A DNA stretch of 62,456 nucleotides, filler included, from Porpidia crustulata (lineage: Eukaryota): NCBI GenBank assembly GCA_964255105.1. It is 8 parts of 8 records of this genome, joined end to end, with 100 filler letters (N's around TTAATTAATTAA, not from the genome) between each part and the next. Parts side by side here need not be neighbours in the genome. Positions count along the whole stretch, not along the records: positions 23,491 to 31,210 come from CAXUWE010001250.1; positions 31,311 to 39,026 come from CAXUWE010001251.1; 6 more parts are not named here. One strand, 5' to 3'. The notes below the pieces were generated by a model that saw only the letters and a program-made list of their open reading frames with translations, was not told the origin of the DNA and ran no database searches. Shown piece after piece: positions 23,491-35,854 of this stretch. A program made the translations under genes and the position numbers. The first letter of the stretch is position 1; each line of letters opens with the position of its first letter.

Positions 23491-26400
23491 GTATTTGAGG
23501 GAGAGGTAGTAGAGGTGGGTTAGGAGCTGGTGGGTTTCTTTTTCGGGGGATTCTTCCGTGCCGGGGGTATAGGATTCTATGGGGAATTTGGAGGCATCGA
23601 TTGGTTTGGATCTGGCGTTGATTAGGATGTCAAAAGTAAAATTTAGTAGATCGTTGAGGAAGGTTCCCTCTTTTATGGAGGAGGCGTAGTCAGCTCTGAC
23701 TTTAGTTGATGCATTCTCCCAGTGATCAAAGACAAGTTTCCAGCTCAGGAGATAACTTCGAAGTGACGGGGGTATATTCCTCCCAAAGCTTGCGTCAGCC
23801 AAAGATTCAAGTGTAGGAGCTGCTAGGATCAACGACAATAGCTCTTCCGGAAGCTCAGCCTTAAAGTCCTTTGACAGCGCTTTCTCAAAAGATACCTCCT
23901 CTTGCTGGGCTGGTATATGTTGATGCATTATCTCAAATACCGCGGTTTGCAGTGCGGCAGACTCTGAAGCAAGGACTGGATAAATTATTGTTGCTTTGCG
24001 GCTAAAATCGAAAGGGACTCTAGAAACAATCCTTGCCAGCAACCCATGGAGTATCTTCCGAGGTTGATGGTCCTCGTCGGATAGAGCTAGAAAGAAGTAT
24101 TTTAGTATGATATGAAGGTTTGGAGAAAGTGGAATACGAACATTGACGTGCCAAGAGCAATGACAATAGCCCATCAGCGATCGTTTCCTTGGAACCGTCC
24201 CAAGCGTCCTCCAAATCATCGTTCGACCCATCTTGGCGGAGCCGGTAGAGTGTCTCCAAGAGCCGGAGGCTAGCATGGAGAGCAGGAATATCATCATAGA
24301 TGGTAGTCCATGTGGTCTGGGTGGCTCCGAGTATATTATTCCAGAAAGCACCGTAGATTTCTTTGATCAGGGGTAGGATTACATTTAATGCTTTGAGCAT
24401 CTCTGAAATGATAGGAATGGACATTTTCACGCTGTCGAAGACATCGTCGATGTGTTTGACAAAGAATACGAGACGTTGCTGAGAAACCTCGTGTATGATG
24501 TCTTCGTAGGGACCATGGATTATGCAGTTCAACAAGATCAATTGGCGGACAGCTGAGTTTATCAGTCAAGCCCTACAGGTAAGTCAAATATTCACGTACC
24601 TTCTGCTAAGTTCCCCTGAAAGTCACGTCCAGTCAAATCAGAGATGAGCTCATTACAAAGCCTCAACAAGGCCTTACGGTCCGAAGCAAACTCTAAGAAT
24701 GCGGTGTCCGCGAAAATTTCCTGAGATTTTCGGAATCTTTTAAGTTTCTCAGCTTCACTACTCTTAGTTGTCTGTCCGTTCTGTTCCTCAAGGTGCATCG
24801 CAACTATTCCGTAGGCACGGGCACTATAATATGATGTAACCGATAATCCACGGGATTGTTCGAGCAACTGATTTGCCATGATCATCCCACTCTGCTCTAA
24901 CCACAACGTGTACAACTCTGAACATTCATTAAGCATTGTCAAGATCTCTGACCCTAGGTCTGGATCAGACTGGTTCCAAAGGCTACGCGATCCTGGTACG
25001 CTGACGTTGTCACTAGCAAGGTTAAAGAAAAGTAATACGTGCTTTAGTAATGTGTTCTTTTGTTTACTTGTAGCAAAGCGGAAAATTTCAGTTGCTTTTG
25101 TTAGCTTTAATGTGTACCATACCATTCGTAGTGCTACAGAATATCCATCTGCATCGTAAATGAGTTTATGCTCAAGGTGTTCGGACGCCACCGGCTGCTC
25201 AATCAAATTTATGATACTGCCTAAGCTGTTGGTAATAGCCAACGAGGAATCAGGTGTGGTTGCTAAAACTGGTTGGAATGTGGCCACAAGCTGGGCGTCA
25301 TCTGGTAGAAGACGAGCTGCAATTGACCCTTTGTCTTGGTCCAGGGTCTGTTTCCAGACTTTGCAGGCTTGACTGAATAAAGACTCGACTCTAAAAAGAC
25401 GGTCCCGTTAGTTCAACATGTCAAGATATAAGCAAAGGACCACAAGGACGTACGATAAGGAGTCTGTTTCCACTCTCTGAATACCGTCATCGATAATCTT
25501 AATCAAAGACTCAGAAGCGTAATTAGAGCCTTCGCCCTTAGAAACAATCGTTTCTATGGCGGTGCTAAAGTTCTTGGCCTGTTGGGAGAGGTCTTCGTCT
25601 GGGGACTCAGTAAGTCTTAGAAGACTAAGTAGTAAATCGGAGCCGGCTCTAGATAGGGTGAATGATTTAATTGCGTCTCCGTTAATCTTGGCTACTAAAT
25701 CTAAGCCTCGAAGGCTTGCTAACACTTTCCCGTCTACAGAGAGACCTTCCGCCATGTATGCGAGTAGATCATCGGCAAGTTCAGTCGGTACCTCCCGATT
25801 TTCCATCGCCGCCGTGACAAGGACCCAGCCATTCTTATCGTCTCTCATTGCCTGTTGTAGGCCATGTTTCACAACCGCACCTAAAAGTTCAGCCTCGCCA
25901 GGCTGATTAATAGAGGCAGACGATATAAGACGCTGCAAAGCACTGATCTTTCCGGGCGACTCTGGGGCATCTCGTAGTCTCTCGATAATGGTTCGGCGGA
26001 TTTCGTGAACATCAAAAACGCTCTCGACATGGGTTAGAATATCAATGCAATAAGGACCAGAGGGTGAAACAACCAATTCCAAGACATTGTTTGATACGAA
26101 CTCGGTTATAATTTTCCGGCTTTCGTCAAAGCCCAGGGAAAGTTCAGGTAGTAATCGTATCGCGGTTTCTAATGCGGCTGCAGCGCCGTAGGGTTTACCA
26201 TTTCGCGTCCGGATTGTATTGATGATTGGACTGAGCTCCGCAAGAAGCGTGTTCCTGAACATCGACTCGATGGTTTTTGATGATCTTTCTTTCGTGAGTA
26301 TAGCAGCCTGGAACTTATACCATCGAGATGTTTCTGCGATGATAGAGTCCTGAGACTTTGTGTACTCCTTGGATTGCTCCGGAAGCGAAGCTCGAATGTC

Positions 26401-28041
26401 GTCAATGACCACAGTGGAGAGACGGTTCCACTCTCCTTCGAGTAGGTTTTGTGCCCCTATCACTATTTGATTGAACGCTTGGACGCAGACTAACGGCGGC
26501 TGTGATTCCGTAACAGTCCATCTTGAAAATTCCTGGGATGGTCTGATATATTGCGACAGCAATGGAAGGATACAGGACTTCAGAAGTTCATACCGCTCTT
26601 CAGAGCGATTTAATATTGATTGAAAATGCAGGGAAATCTCTAAGTAGAAAGTCCAGCCTTCGCCTTGATTTGCACGAGGCTCATCTCTACTAGTAAGACC
26701 ATCCTGGAATGCTTCCAATACTGAGAAATTGACCTTGAGAGAATCATCTGAAGCTTTTTCGACCTCTTTATCCGATCGTGCAAGGAGAACTTCCACTGGA
26801 ATATGACGAAGCATGGTTGATACTTGAAGCCAATAGTCAGAGGGCCCTCCTTGAGAGCCTTTTCTCAAGAATTGACAAAGCCGTTTTGATGCCGTTTTTT
26901 TGCCGGAAACTACGAAATGTTGCGTCCAGGCATCTGGAAAGGTCATAGTAAGCAAAGCGAGCGCCTTAGCATAGCCATATGTAGAGCCTGCCTGGTTTAT
27001 GTGTAGACTGGATGTGAGCATGTAAGGACTAATCAGAGCCATGTTGATTAAGACCTTCTGCTTGTGTAGAGCAGCTACCATCAGCTTGTACACCGAGCGC
27101 CTAACAAACGGATCTGGATTTGACGCATGTTTCCAAAGCTTTTCTTGGCCTAAAAAGTCATTGTACAGATATTGTTGTTTCTCCAAGATCTTAATGGAAT
27201 TATAGTCTACCATGGATGATATCAGCAGTCAATAGAGTAAGAATCCCTGGAGATAAACTGACTGATAGCATGTACGACCACAAGGATGGCCGTGCCGACG
27301 ACTCTCGCGTACTTGGCTGACGCATCATCAGGACTTATTGTACGTTCGTCACTCAAGGTATTCATGGTCTCTTTCACAATAACATTGCTCGAATATTTCA
27401 AAATGACGTCCTGGTATACAACCCAAACATTGTTCCTTTTCTCATCCGTGGAAAAAACCTGAATAAACGATTCTTGTGCTGCACGGGCAACAGATTTGTC
27501 ATTATCATGTAAGCCTGCTAACCATGGGCTCACGATGCTAGGCATGTGCTTGGCAATTCGTTTTCCACACGCCATGGACAGCTGGCCTTGAAGGCCGTGA
27601 GCAAGTTGACGAACGCGGCGTGCGCTATCTATAGAGATACGAGGATATATTTTGATCTGAGTACATAATATTTTATTACTATTCTGTGAAAAGGTACAAG
27701 TTTCTCTTATAGAGACCCACCCAAGCTTCCAGTATTGCATCCTCCACCACGCCCTTCTCCACTTCAAGAGCCAACACAAAGCTTTTTAGGTCTTCGAGTG
27801 CTTTTGCTTTTGTTGTGGCATCTTTCTTCTGCAAGTTCTTTAACGCGACTACCACGCTGGGATCCGAAATTCCATTAAGATCTGGCGGTTCATAGACATA
27901 CGACAGGGGCGACGAGGGAACTGCGCCAAATACGGACAAAGAGCTGAAGTTACTACCGCCAAGTTTTGGATCTGAAGTCCCAAAAGCCCCCGACACAGCT
28001 CGGCTGCTGGAAGCTTGCGACTTGAATTGCTTCTTACTCAT
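23491..28041 (-). CDS. LTN1/RKR1: E3 ubiquitin ligase listerin (ribosome quality control); 3' end including the RING domain cut off by the contig end
   Basis: MSKKQFKSQASSSRA...SPLSYVYEPPDL..ISDPSVVVALKNLQKKDATTKAKALEDL; IYPRISIDSARRVRQLAH; PWLAGLHDNDKSVARAA; YLLSWKLVFDH. Long multi-exon HEAT-like ORFs. Confidence 0.95.
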
Positions 28042-28337
28042 GACTCAATTCTGAGCAGTGTCTAGTGTGAACAGATCGATGTGAATCTAGTTAGCATGGA
28101 ATCCATGAATTTTTTCATACGAACTGTACAGTCCTTAGTGCGGTCCCGAGCTGTGACGTCGGGAAGACTTGAAGATTTAGCGCAGCCGCGTTAAGCTCAC
28201 AAGGCTGCAGGCGCAACAAATATTGAGTCATGTAAACACTCATTCGCCTCTACTTCTGATACGATAAGGTTGTGGCAACGCCATTCAATTGAGGTTACGA
28301 TTCCGTATACGAGCTTCACATTATATAGTCACATAAA
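28042..28337. promoter_or_regulatory. Compact divergent intergenic region shared by LTN1 and RAD3
   Basis: 296 bp between head-to-head ATGs. It contains TGAGTCA (28224-28230), and TGACTCA (28041-28047) abuts the LTN1 start; both match the AP-1/Gcn4-CpcA core. Confidence 0.55.
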
Positions 28338-31210
28338 ATGAAGTTCAATATTGGGTAATGAAAGCTTTACGAGTGTTTCACGAAGCTTGGTAGCTTATTA
28401 AGCACTAGTGACCTCCCGATATTGTTTCCATATCCGAGGATATATCCAGGCAAGCAATTTACACGCGTCGAGAGGCTATTCGCATTGACGTACATTAGAA
28501 CAATATGCGTACGCCCTTATCCATCAAAATGGTTCTCAAGAGAAGCCAGCTAATCAAAAGCTGGCATCAGATACATGTGCGATCTCAAGAGTACGTGCAT
28601 CCTACGTTAGAATCCAACTTTCGGAGGTTTACTGAGGTCTTACAGGAACACTGGATGCAGGCGGGCACTGTGTCCTGGAAATGCCGTCAGGGACAGGGAA
28701 GACAGTTTCGCTCCTGTCACTCATTGTGGCATACCAGCAGTATTATCCCGAGCACAGGAAACTAATATATTGTTCACGTAAGATTTATTCGATACGTAGG
28801 AATTGGTGTCAGGCTGAGATTAATATTTGAGACAGGTACGATGTCTGAGATTGAAAAAGCGCTGGCCGAGCTGAAAGCCTTGATGAAGTACCGGTCAGAT
28901 CAGTTAGGTAAAGAAGAGGATTTCCGAGGCCTTGGGTTGACCAGCCGAAAGAACTTGTGTCTCCACCCTTCTGTAAAGAGAGAGAAGAGTGGCTCGATTG
29001 TTGACGCACGATGTCGAAGTTTAACCGCTGGTTTTGTCAAAGAAAAGAAGGAGAGGGGTGAAGACGTCGACCTTTGCATATACCATGATGTATGGCATAG
29101 GAGATTCTTAGGCTGTCCTGGGTTTTCTAATTTCCTCAGAATCTTGACCTCTTGGAACCTCACAATCTTGTGCCCCCCGGCGTCTTTACTCTCGACGGTC
29201 TACTCAAGTACGGAGAACAGCATAAGCAGTGTCCATACTTTTCTGCAAGACGCATGGTATGTCAGAGATTTTGGCTTTCTTCATCCCTCACTCGACTATT
29301 TCCTTGAGCCTTTTTTGACCAATTACATAGATGCCCTTCTGTAACGTCATCATCTACTCGTACCATTACTTGCTCGACCCGAAAATTGCCGAAAGAGTAT
29401 CAAAGGAGCTCTCAAAGGACTGCATCGTTGTTTTCGACGAAGCACATAATATTGACAACGTGTGTATTGAGTCATTGAGTATTGATATAACCGAAGACTC
29501 TCTACGCAAAGCCACGCGAGGTGCAAACAATCTCGAGCGTAAGATCACGGAGATGAGATCCTCGGATGCTGAGAAGCTCCAAAACGAATATTCTAAGCTA
29601 GTCGAAGGTCTTCGAGATGCTGATGAAGCCAGAGAGGAGGATGCCTTCATGGCAAATCCCGGTATTGGCGTCCCTTTCCATGTGTAGCGCTGTTTGCTAA
29701 CAGTCTCTAGCACTACCGGATGATCTACTGCAAGAAGCTGTCCCTGGTAACATCAGGAGGGCGGAACATTTCGTTGCCTTTTTGAAACGATTCGTCGAGT
29801 ATCTAAAAGTATGACTGGTATTTTCACATCGTTTTTGCCAATGCTCAGCTAACCCAATTATTCGTAGACAAGAATGAAAGTACTGCATGTCATATCAGAG
29901 ACTCCGCCATCATTTCTCCAACACCTGAAAGATTTGACGTTTATCGAGAAGAAACCTCTTCGGTAGGGTATAATCAACATCCGCGATATACCCGCTTTGA
30001 TTAACGATCTTCAGATTCTGCGCAGAACGGCTTACCTCTCTCGTCCGAACTCTTGAACTCACAAATATTGAAGACTACCAACCACTTCAAGAAGTCGCCA
30101 CTTTTGCCACCCTTGCAGCAACGTACGACAAGGGCTTCCTACTTATCCTCGAACCTTACGAATCAGATACCGCTACTGTTCCCAATCCTATCCTCCATTT
30201 CACCTGCCTGGATGCCGCCATCGCCATCAAACCTGTCTTCGACCGCTTCTCCTCCGTGATCATCACGTCTGGAACCATTTCTCCCCTAGAAATGTATCCT
30301 AAGATGCTCGGTTTCTCCACTGTTGTGCAGGAATCTTATAGCATGACTCTCGCTCGTCGCTCCTTCCTCCCTATGATTGTCACACGGGGCTCCGACCAAT
30401 CCGCCATCTCGTCGGGATTCCAAATTCGGAATGAACCCGGCGTTGTCCGCAACTACGGAAGTCTATTAACAGAATTTTCCAAGATCACTCCCGACGGCAT
30501 TGTCGTCTTCTTCCCTTCTTACCTCTACATGGAATCCATCATAAGCATGTGGCAGGGCATGTCCATTCTCGACGAAATCTGGAAATACAAACTCATCCTT
30601 GTGGAAACACCAGATTCACAAGAAACTTCCCTCGCCCTCGAAACGTATCGTACTGCCTGCTGCAATGGCCGTGGCGCTATCCTCCTTTGTGTCGCACGCG
30701 GTAAAGTTTCCGAAGGCATCGATTTCGATCACCATTACGGCCGCACCGTGCTCTGCATCGGCGTCCCCTTCCAATACACCGAGTCGCGCATACTCAAAGC
30801 CCGCCTTGAATTCTTACGCGAGACCTATCGCATCCGCGAGAACGACTTCCTCTCCTTCGACGCTATGCGGCATGCCGCGCAGTGCCTGGGCCGCGTGCTT
30901 CGTGGCAAAGACGACTACGGCATCATGGTGCTCGCGGACCGGCGGTTCCAGAAGAAGCGGGGCCAGTTGCCCAAGTGGATCAACCAGGCGATGCTGGAAA
31001 GCGACACGGCGCTGAGCACGGACATGGCGATGGCGAGCGCGAAGAAGTTCCTCAGGACGATGGCGCAGCCGTTTGGGGGGAAGGATCAGGATGGGGTGTC
31101 GACTTGGAGCATCGCCGATTTGGAAAGACACAAGGAGAAAATGGAGGATGAGAAGATCCGGGAGTTGAGAAATGGAATGAGTGGGGTGGGTGAGGTTAAG
31201 GTGGCGGGGG
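28338..31210 (+). CDS. RAD3: TFIIH/NER 5'-3' DNA helicase XPD; last codons cut off by the contig end
   Basis: Spliced N-terminus [49 protein letters not shown]; Fe-S region [57 protein letters not shown]. Confidence 0.98.
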
Positions 31211-31310
31211 NNNNNNNNNNNNNNNNNNNNNNNNNNNNNNNNNNNNNNNNNNNNTTAATTAATTAANNNNNNNNNNNNNNNNNNNNNNNNNNNNNNNNNN
31301 NNNNNNNNNN
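31211..31310. other. Artificial contig linker
   Basis: N44-TTAATTAATTAA-N44. Confidence 0.99.
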
Positions 31311-32084
31311 GCCCGAACCTGATCACGCACGTCGGCGACGCCGAGGGTCAGGGCGGCATCATAGATGTTATGGATGAAGTAGTGCATCTCAGGGGCGGTG
31401 AGGGCCATGAAGCGGTGGATCGAGGCTTGGGAGTTGGGACCTTTGTAGGCGGGGAAGGAGGGGGAGGTGCAGCCAAGGAGGGAGCCGAAGTAGGTGTATA
31501 AGGATGTGAAGAGTCTATTCAGATGGGTTAGGATCGAAGATGTGTGGTGGTGGGAGGGGAAAGCGGACTTATATTGGTTGGAGGATTTATCCCAGGCGGG
31601 AACGCCGGATTCAAGGGCGGTGACGCCGCCGCCATCGAGGAAGTTTATGGCAACGGCTTTCTGCAATATGTCAGATGGTTTGATAGTGATGGTGGAATGT
31701 GGTTGGACATACTCCTCCACGATTATTGGATTTCCATGTCCCGTTGAAATATGGTACAAGATTGATATGGTTGACCGTGTAACACGGGTCTCTGTAGATG
31801 GCAATCGGATCCAATATCCCGGTCGATTGATAAGTTCCATTGGAGATCGCAGGCCATAAATTAGGCAATGGCGTGAATTTACCGCTGAAAGCCAGGTTGA
31901 TGAGTTTGACCATAAATTCATATTGCGTCGAGTTCGCCGGAGTGTATTTCTCGCAGAGCGTTTGGTTTCCAACTTCTGCTTTCAATGGTAGACTCTGGAT
32001 CGCGACTGGTAGGAGGTTGCATTGATCTTGGGCGACGGTCGCACTTGCTAGAGCGGCAATAAATGAAGCTGTGGAAAACCGCAT
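31311..32084 (-). CDS. Secreted protein of an uncharacterised fungal family with a truncated-globin-like C-terminal motif; 3' truncated
   Basis: Signal peptide MRFSTASFIAALASATVA. Introns lie at ~31661-31712 and in a GTCCGC...AATAG stretch at ~31515-31568. The spliced product reads NLVPYFNGTWKSNNRGG|KAVAINFLDGGG...SNQYK|LFTSLYTYFGSLLGC...AYKGPNSQASIHRFMALTAPEMHYFIHNIYDAALTLGVA. Confidence 0.75.
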
Positions 32085-33511
32085 TGTTATGGTTTTGATT
32101 TTAATGATGAGAGAAAGATACTAGGACGTAGGACGAGAGGAATGGCCAATTCATAGAGTCTGAGGAATGCACCTCAAAAGAGAGAGACCACTGGGATAAA
32201 GAGAAATGTATTCGGTCAGACCAACTTGGACAGAAACAAGGTTTGGACAATGAAGATGGAATCTGGGGAAGATCGATCATCAGAGAGATCTGTGCCGCCA
32301 TTATCTAGGCACAATCGCCATTTGCGAACACCAACATCCCAGTGTAGTTAGATGACATCTGATATGAAGTTCTTTGGTATCCTCCAGGGATGCAGCGTCC
32401 TTTCCTGAACCGGAAACGTGCTGAGAAGAACTGAGGCCGTGGTAGTGAGGCTGGACCTGTCCATCCTGCCAATCCCTCGATTTGTCAAGTATTGAGTCGT
32501 CATGTCACACAGTCAAGTCTTCATGTCGTTCACCGACTCTCGGTCGTACCAAGTCGAAAGGTTCAAGATACTTTGGTGACATGCGACGTGACTTTCGTCA
32601 AAGTCACTGCCCCGATGGATACCAAAATCGATAGTGTGCTTTCATGGTCAGTTTGGTGGGATCTCAGACACATGGGGGCACATGGACACATGACATGGCG
32701 TTATGCTTCCAGCAAACGTTTATCGTGGTTCAAGTCTCGTGTTTGATGGTTTGCGAACCCGCTACAATGGTTCCTGGGATCTCGAATATTGGATGGCGTG
32801 CTTCATGCACCGCTCGGCCATCGAACACAGCCTATCAATCAATTCTCCGTAGCTGGGATTGGTGCATCCTGGGTCGACATGTGTAACTTTCCCGTCAGCT
32901 TAAGTGCATTATCCATTCTCGTTGTCGCAAGCCAGGATGGTCAATGGCTGCGACATGGTGCCATTCCTGTGGTGGATCTGAACGAGGAGTCGCGGTGAAT
33001 TTACGGCTTACGAGAGATATCTGCTGGCAGAGAGAACGACTAGGATGTCGGGTACCAGTTCACTCCCGTCTGCAGTATCTCAGCATGTATCCCGTGCATG
33101 GCATGAAGCATGTTGAATGGCGTGTTGCATTTGCATTGGGTGTGCGTGTGCGCGTGCTTGGTAGAATCTATATATGCCGAAGATCCGCGCAGGGGAACCC
33201 AGTGTCCTCGCCTAGTCTTGCCAGGTCACATATTCCCAATACTGGGACTAGAAACATTCAATCCTCACATAGCTTTCAAGACTGTCATCGCCAGTACGAG
33301 AGTATCATCAAAACGGTATATTATTCTAACACGTAACCCATGCTTATCTCGGAACCAGCTGCAGTACTATGTACAGGCAGATCCTCCATTCCATGCACAG
33401 CTTGCAAGTCATGGTCAGATCAGCCATCAACCTTACCAGTCCCATCATTATCTCCGGTTATAGAGTACAATGGTCTCGTTTACCTGTCAGCCCGCTCGCC
33501 AAGGACATATC

Positions 33512-35854
33512 TCAGTTCCGAAGAAATCTCAATCCGGAATCGATCTGCTCAATTGGACTCTTGTTGGTGAAGTCACCCCATTTCTTACAGTTATCGTACG
33601 TCTTGGACGGAATCTGGAGCTTCTGAATTCCGGCAACATTCTCGATCATATTCGCGTAAAGTCCACCGGACAAATGCCACGCGATATGGCAGTGAAAGGG
33701 CCATACCCCGGGGTTATCCGAACTCCATTGCACCACCTGTCACACGATCAGATTACGTGACCGGTATGAATATCCAGTAAGGGACGTACCAGATAGCCGA
33801 GCGCTGGCAGAAGATTTACATCACGTCGCTGAGGGTTGCTCGGATTGACAATCGTTCCGTCCCAGGTCCCGTCACCCACAGCCAGGACCGAGCTTAAGGT
33901 ATGAGTCAATGGAGAGGCCACATGCACGCGAGGGCTGAATACTCACGTATCATGGCCATGTAAATGCCATGGATGGCTGGTCGGAGTTTTGTTCGTGATG
34001 ATGACACGAACAGAGCTGCTACTGCCTACATTGTAAATGTTGTACTGTGGGTTCTGGGGATATGAGACGTTGCCCTTCTTAGCGTTGAGCAACAGCGGAT
34101 CGTTGTAATCTCCACGGAACGTAGAGTTGTTAATAGTCCAAACGAGATGACCCGTCGCATTTACCTTGAAATAAACTTCCATATGAATCGTGATTGCGGG
34201 AATAGGCAAGCTCATGGCCTTGGATGGCATAATGCCAGACAGTGCATCATTGGCGCAGGGATCAGTGCCATCGATGTGTCCGGTGGATCTGGGAACAGCG
34301 GTGTCGTTGGCTTTCTCGTAATAAATGACAGCAAGTCCGTAAGGCTGAACGGCTGGCTCTGTACACTGGCCGGCTGACAGCGTAGAGCGCATCCAGTAGG
34401 CCCCATCCGACTTGCCATTGGCGTGAACCACAACATCAGTGCGCTGACCCACCTGCAAAGCATGTCAGCAAGAGCCTCATGCGGCGAGCCTTGGGCCTTG
34501 GAGGATGCTTACACCAAGAGTAACTATGGAAGTATTGTAGGGCTCAACCGGAGTAAAGTCATTGGCAATTACAGTCATCTCATGGTTGTCAATACTGAAC
34601 TTTTGAATGGCCGCACTACCAGTATTGATAAGTCGAAGTCTATGTGTCTTGCCTTTGGTGAACTTGAACTTGGCGAGCCCGGCGTTGTTTGTACATTTAG
34701 CACTCGTGGTGTTGGAGCAGTCAAAGTTCATCTTGCCATTGATTAGGTTATTGTCCGAGGCAGGTCTAACCTTTGTCAAATCCGTACCCATCACTTCCTT
34801 CATGATGTCATAGTAATCCCGATGATAATAGTCAGTAACCGTTACGGGGCCAAGATCAGTATCATAGTCCATGTTCTTTGGTCCATGGATTATTAAAGGT
34901 CCCCATAGACCATCAGCGTATTGGGCGGAGTAATGTGAGTGATACCATGTGGTACCATAAGGCGTAGCGTTAAGTTTGTACGTGAAGGATTCTCCGGGCG
35001 GTATCGGACACATCGAGATACCGGGAACGCCATCCTCCCACTCAGTATTCTGTTGATGAAAGCCATGCCAATGGAATGTGGTGCCTTCAGAAGGACCGGT
35101 GATATGATTATTCACCGTGACTTGGATTGTGTCGCCCCAGTTAGCTTCAATCAAGGGCTGTAGAAATTCTATTAGTGAAGTTGAAGTGTCCAGTAACGAG
35201 ATTCTTACCCCTGGATAAGCACCATTGATGAGGAGCTGGTTTTTCTCGTATCCATCTGGAGCAATCGTTGCACGAGCAACATTGAACGTATACTTTCGTA
35301 CTACGCCAGTGTTTGGTGCCTCATTGTAGGCATCAGTATCCCAAGAAGTCTTGGACCCCCACGGATAACCGTTTTCGATTGGCTAATTCGAGATTTAGAA
35401 TTCAATGATAATACAAAACCTAAAAGATACTTTCTTTTCCAGAAACAACGAAATAACAAATAAGCAGACAGTCAACGAGTAGAATCCCTTTCAAAATTTA
35501 CTGCGCAGTACTGCAGTTTTTATCGCTTGCGCCAAAAAAAGCGTAATTCGGTATGAAATACATGTAGACGGAAATAAGGAAAAACGCTCAAATGAATTCA
35601 GGGAATCTGATAGGCTGATGAACAAAACTTACATTATCAGTAAGGAACGGTCCTATATGGGGGGCTTGAAGGGTTCCTAATTTACTGTCGCCTGTATGGT
35701 GAGATGTAAGCGACTGAGTATATACCAGCAAACATCAACCGAACACGCAGTAATTGAGGATAGAAAAGTACCAAAGCATACCATTGGTTTGGGACTGAGA
35801 AAGAGCCGCAACAAGGGCGGTTGTCCCGTTTAGGAGAGTTGAGACGATAGTCAT
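33512..35854 (-). CDS. Multicopper oxidase / ascomycete laccase (AA1)
   Basis: All four Cu-binding motifs: FHWHG, WYHSH, HPWHLHGH, FHCHIAWHLSGGL. C-terminal IDSGL. The 5' exons splice to MTIVSTLLNGTTALVAALSQSQTNG|DSKLGTLQAP...DN|PIENGYPWG...APNTGVVRKYTF...IAPDG. Confidence 0.95.

Noticed and set aside
31515..31572. Apparent mutated donor ATAAGT in the globin-like gene
   Set aside because: A normal GT donor (GTCCGC) four bases further on gives a clean in-frame splice.
35384..35632. Long AT-rich laccase intron as a snoRNA or transposon host
   Set aside because: No convincing C/D or H/ACA boxes and no terminal repeats.
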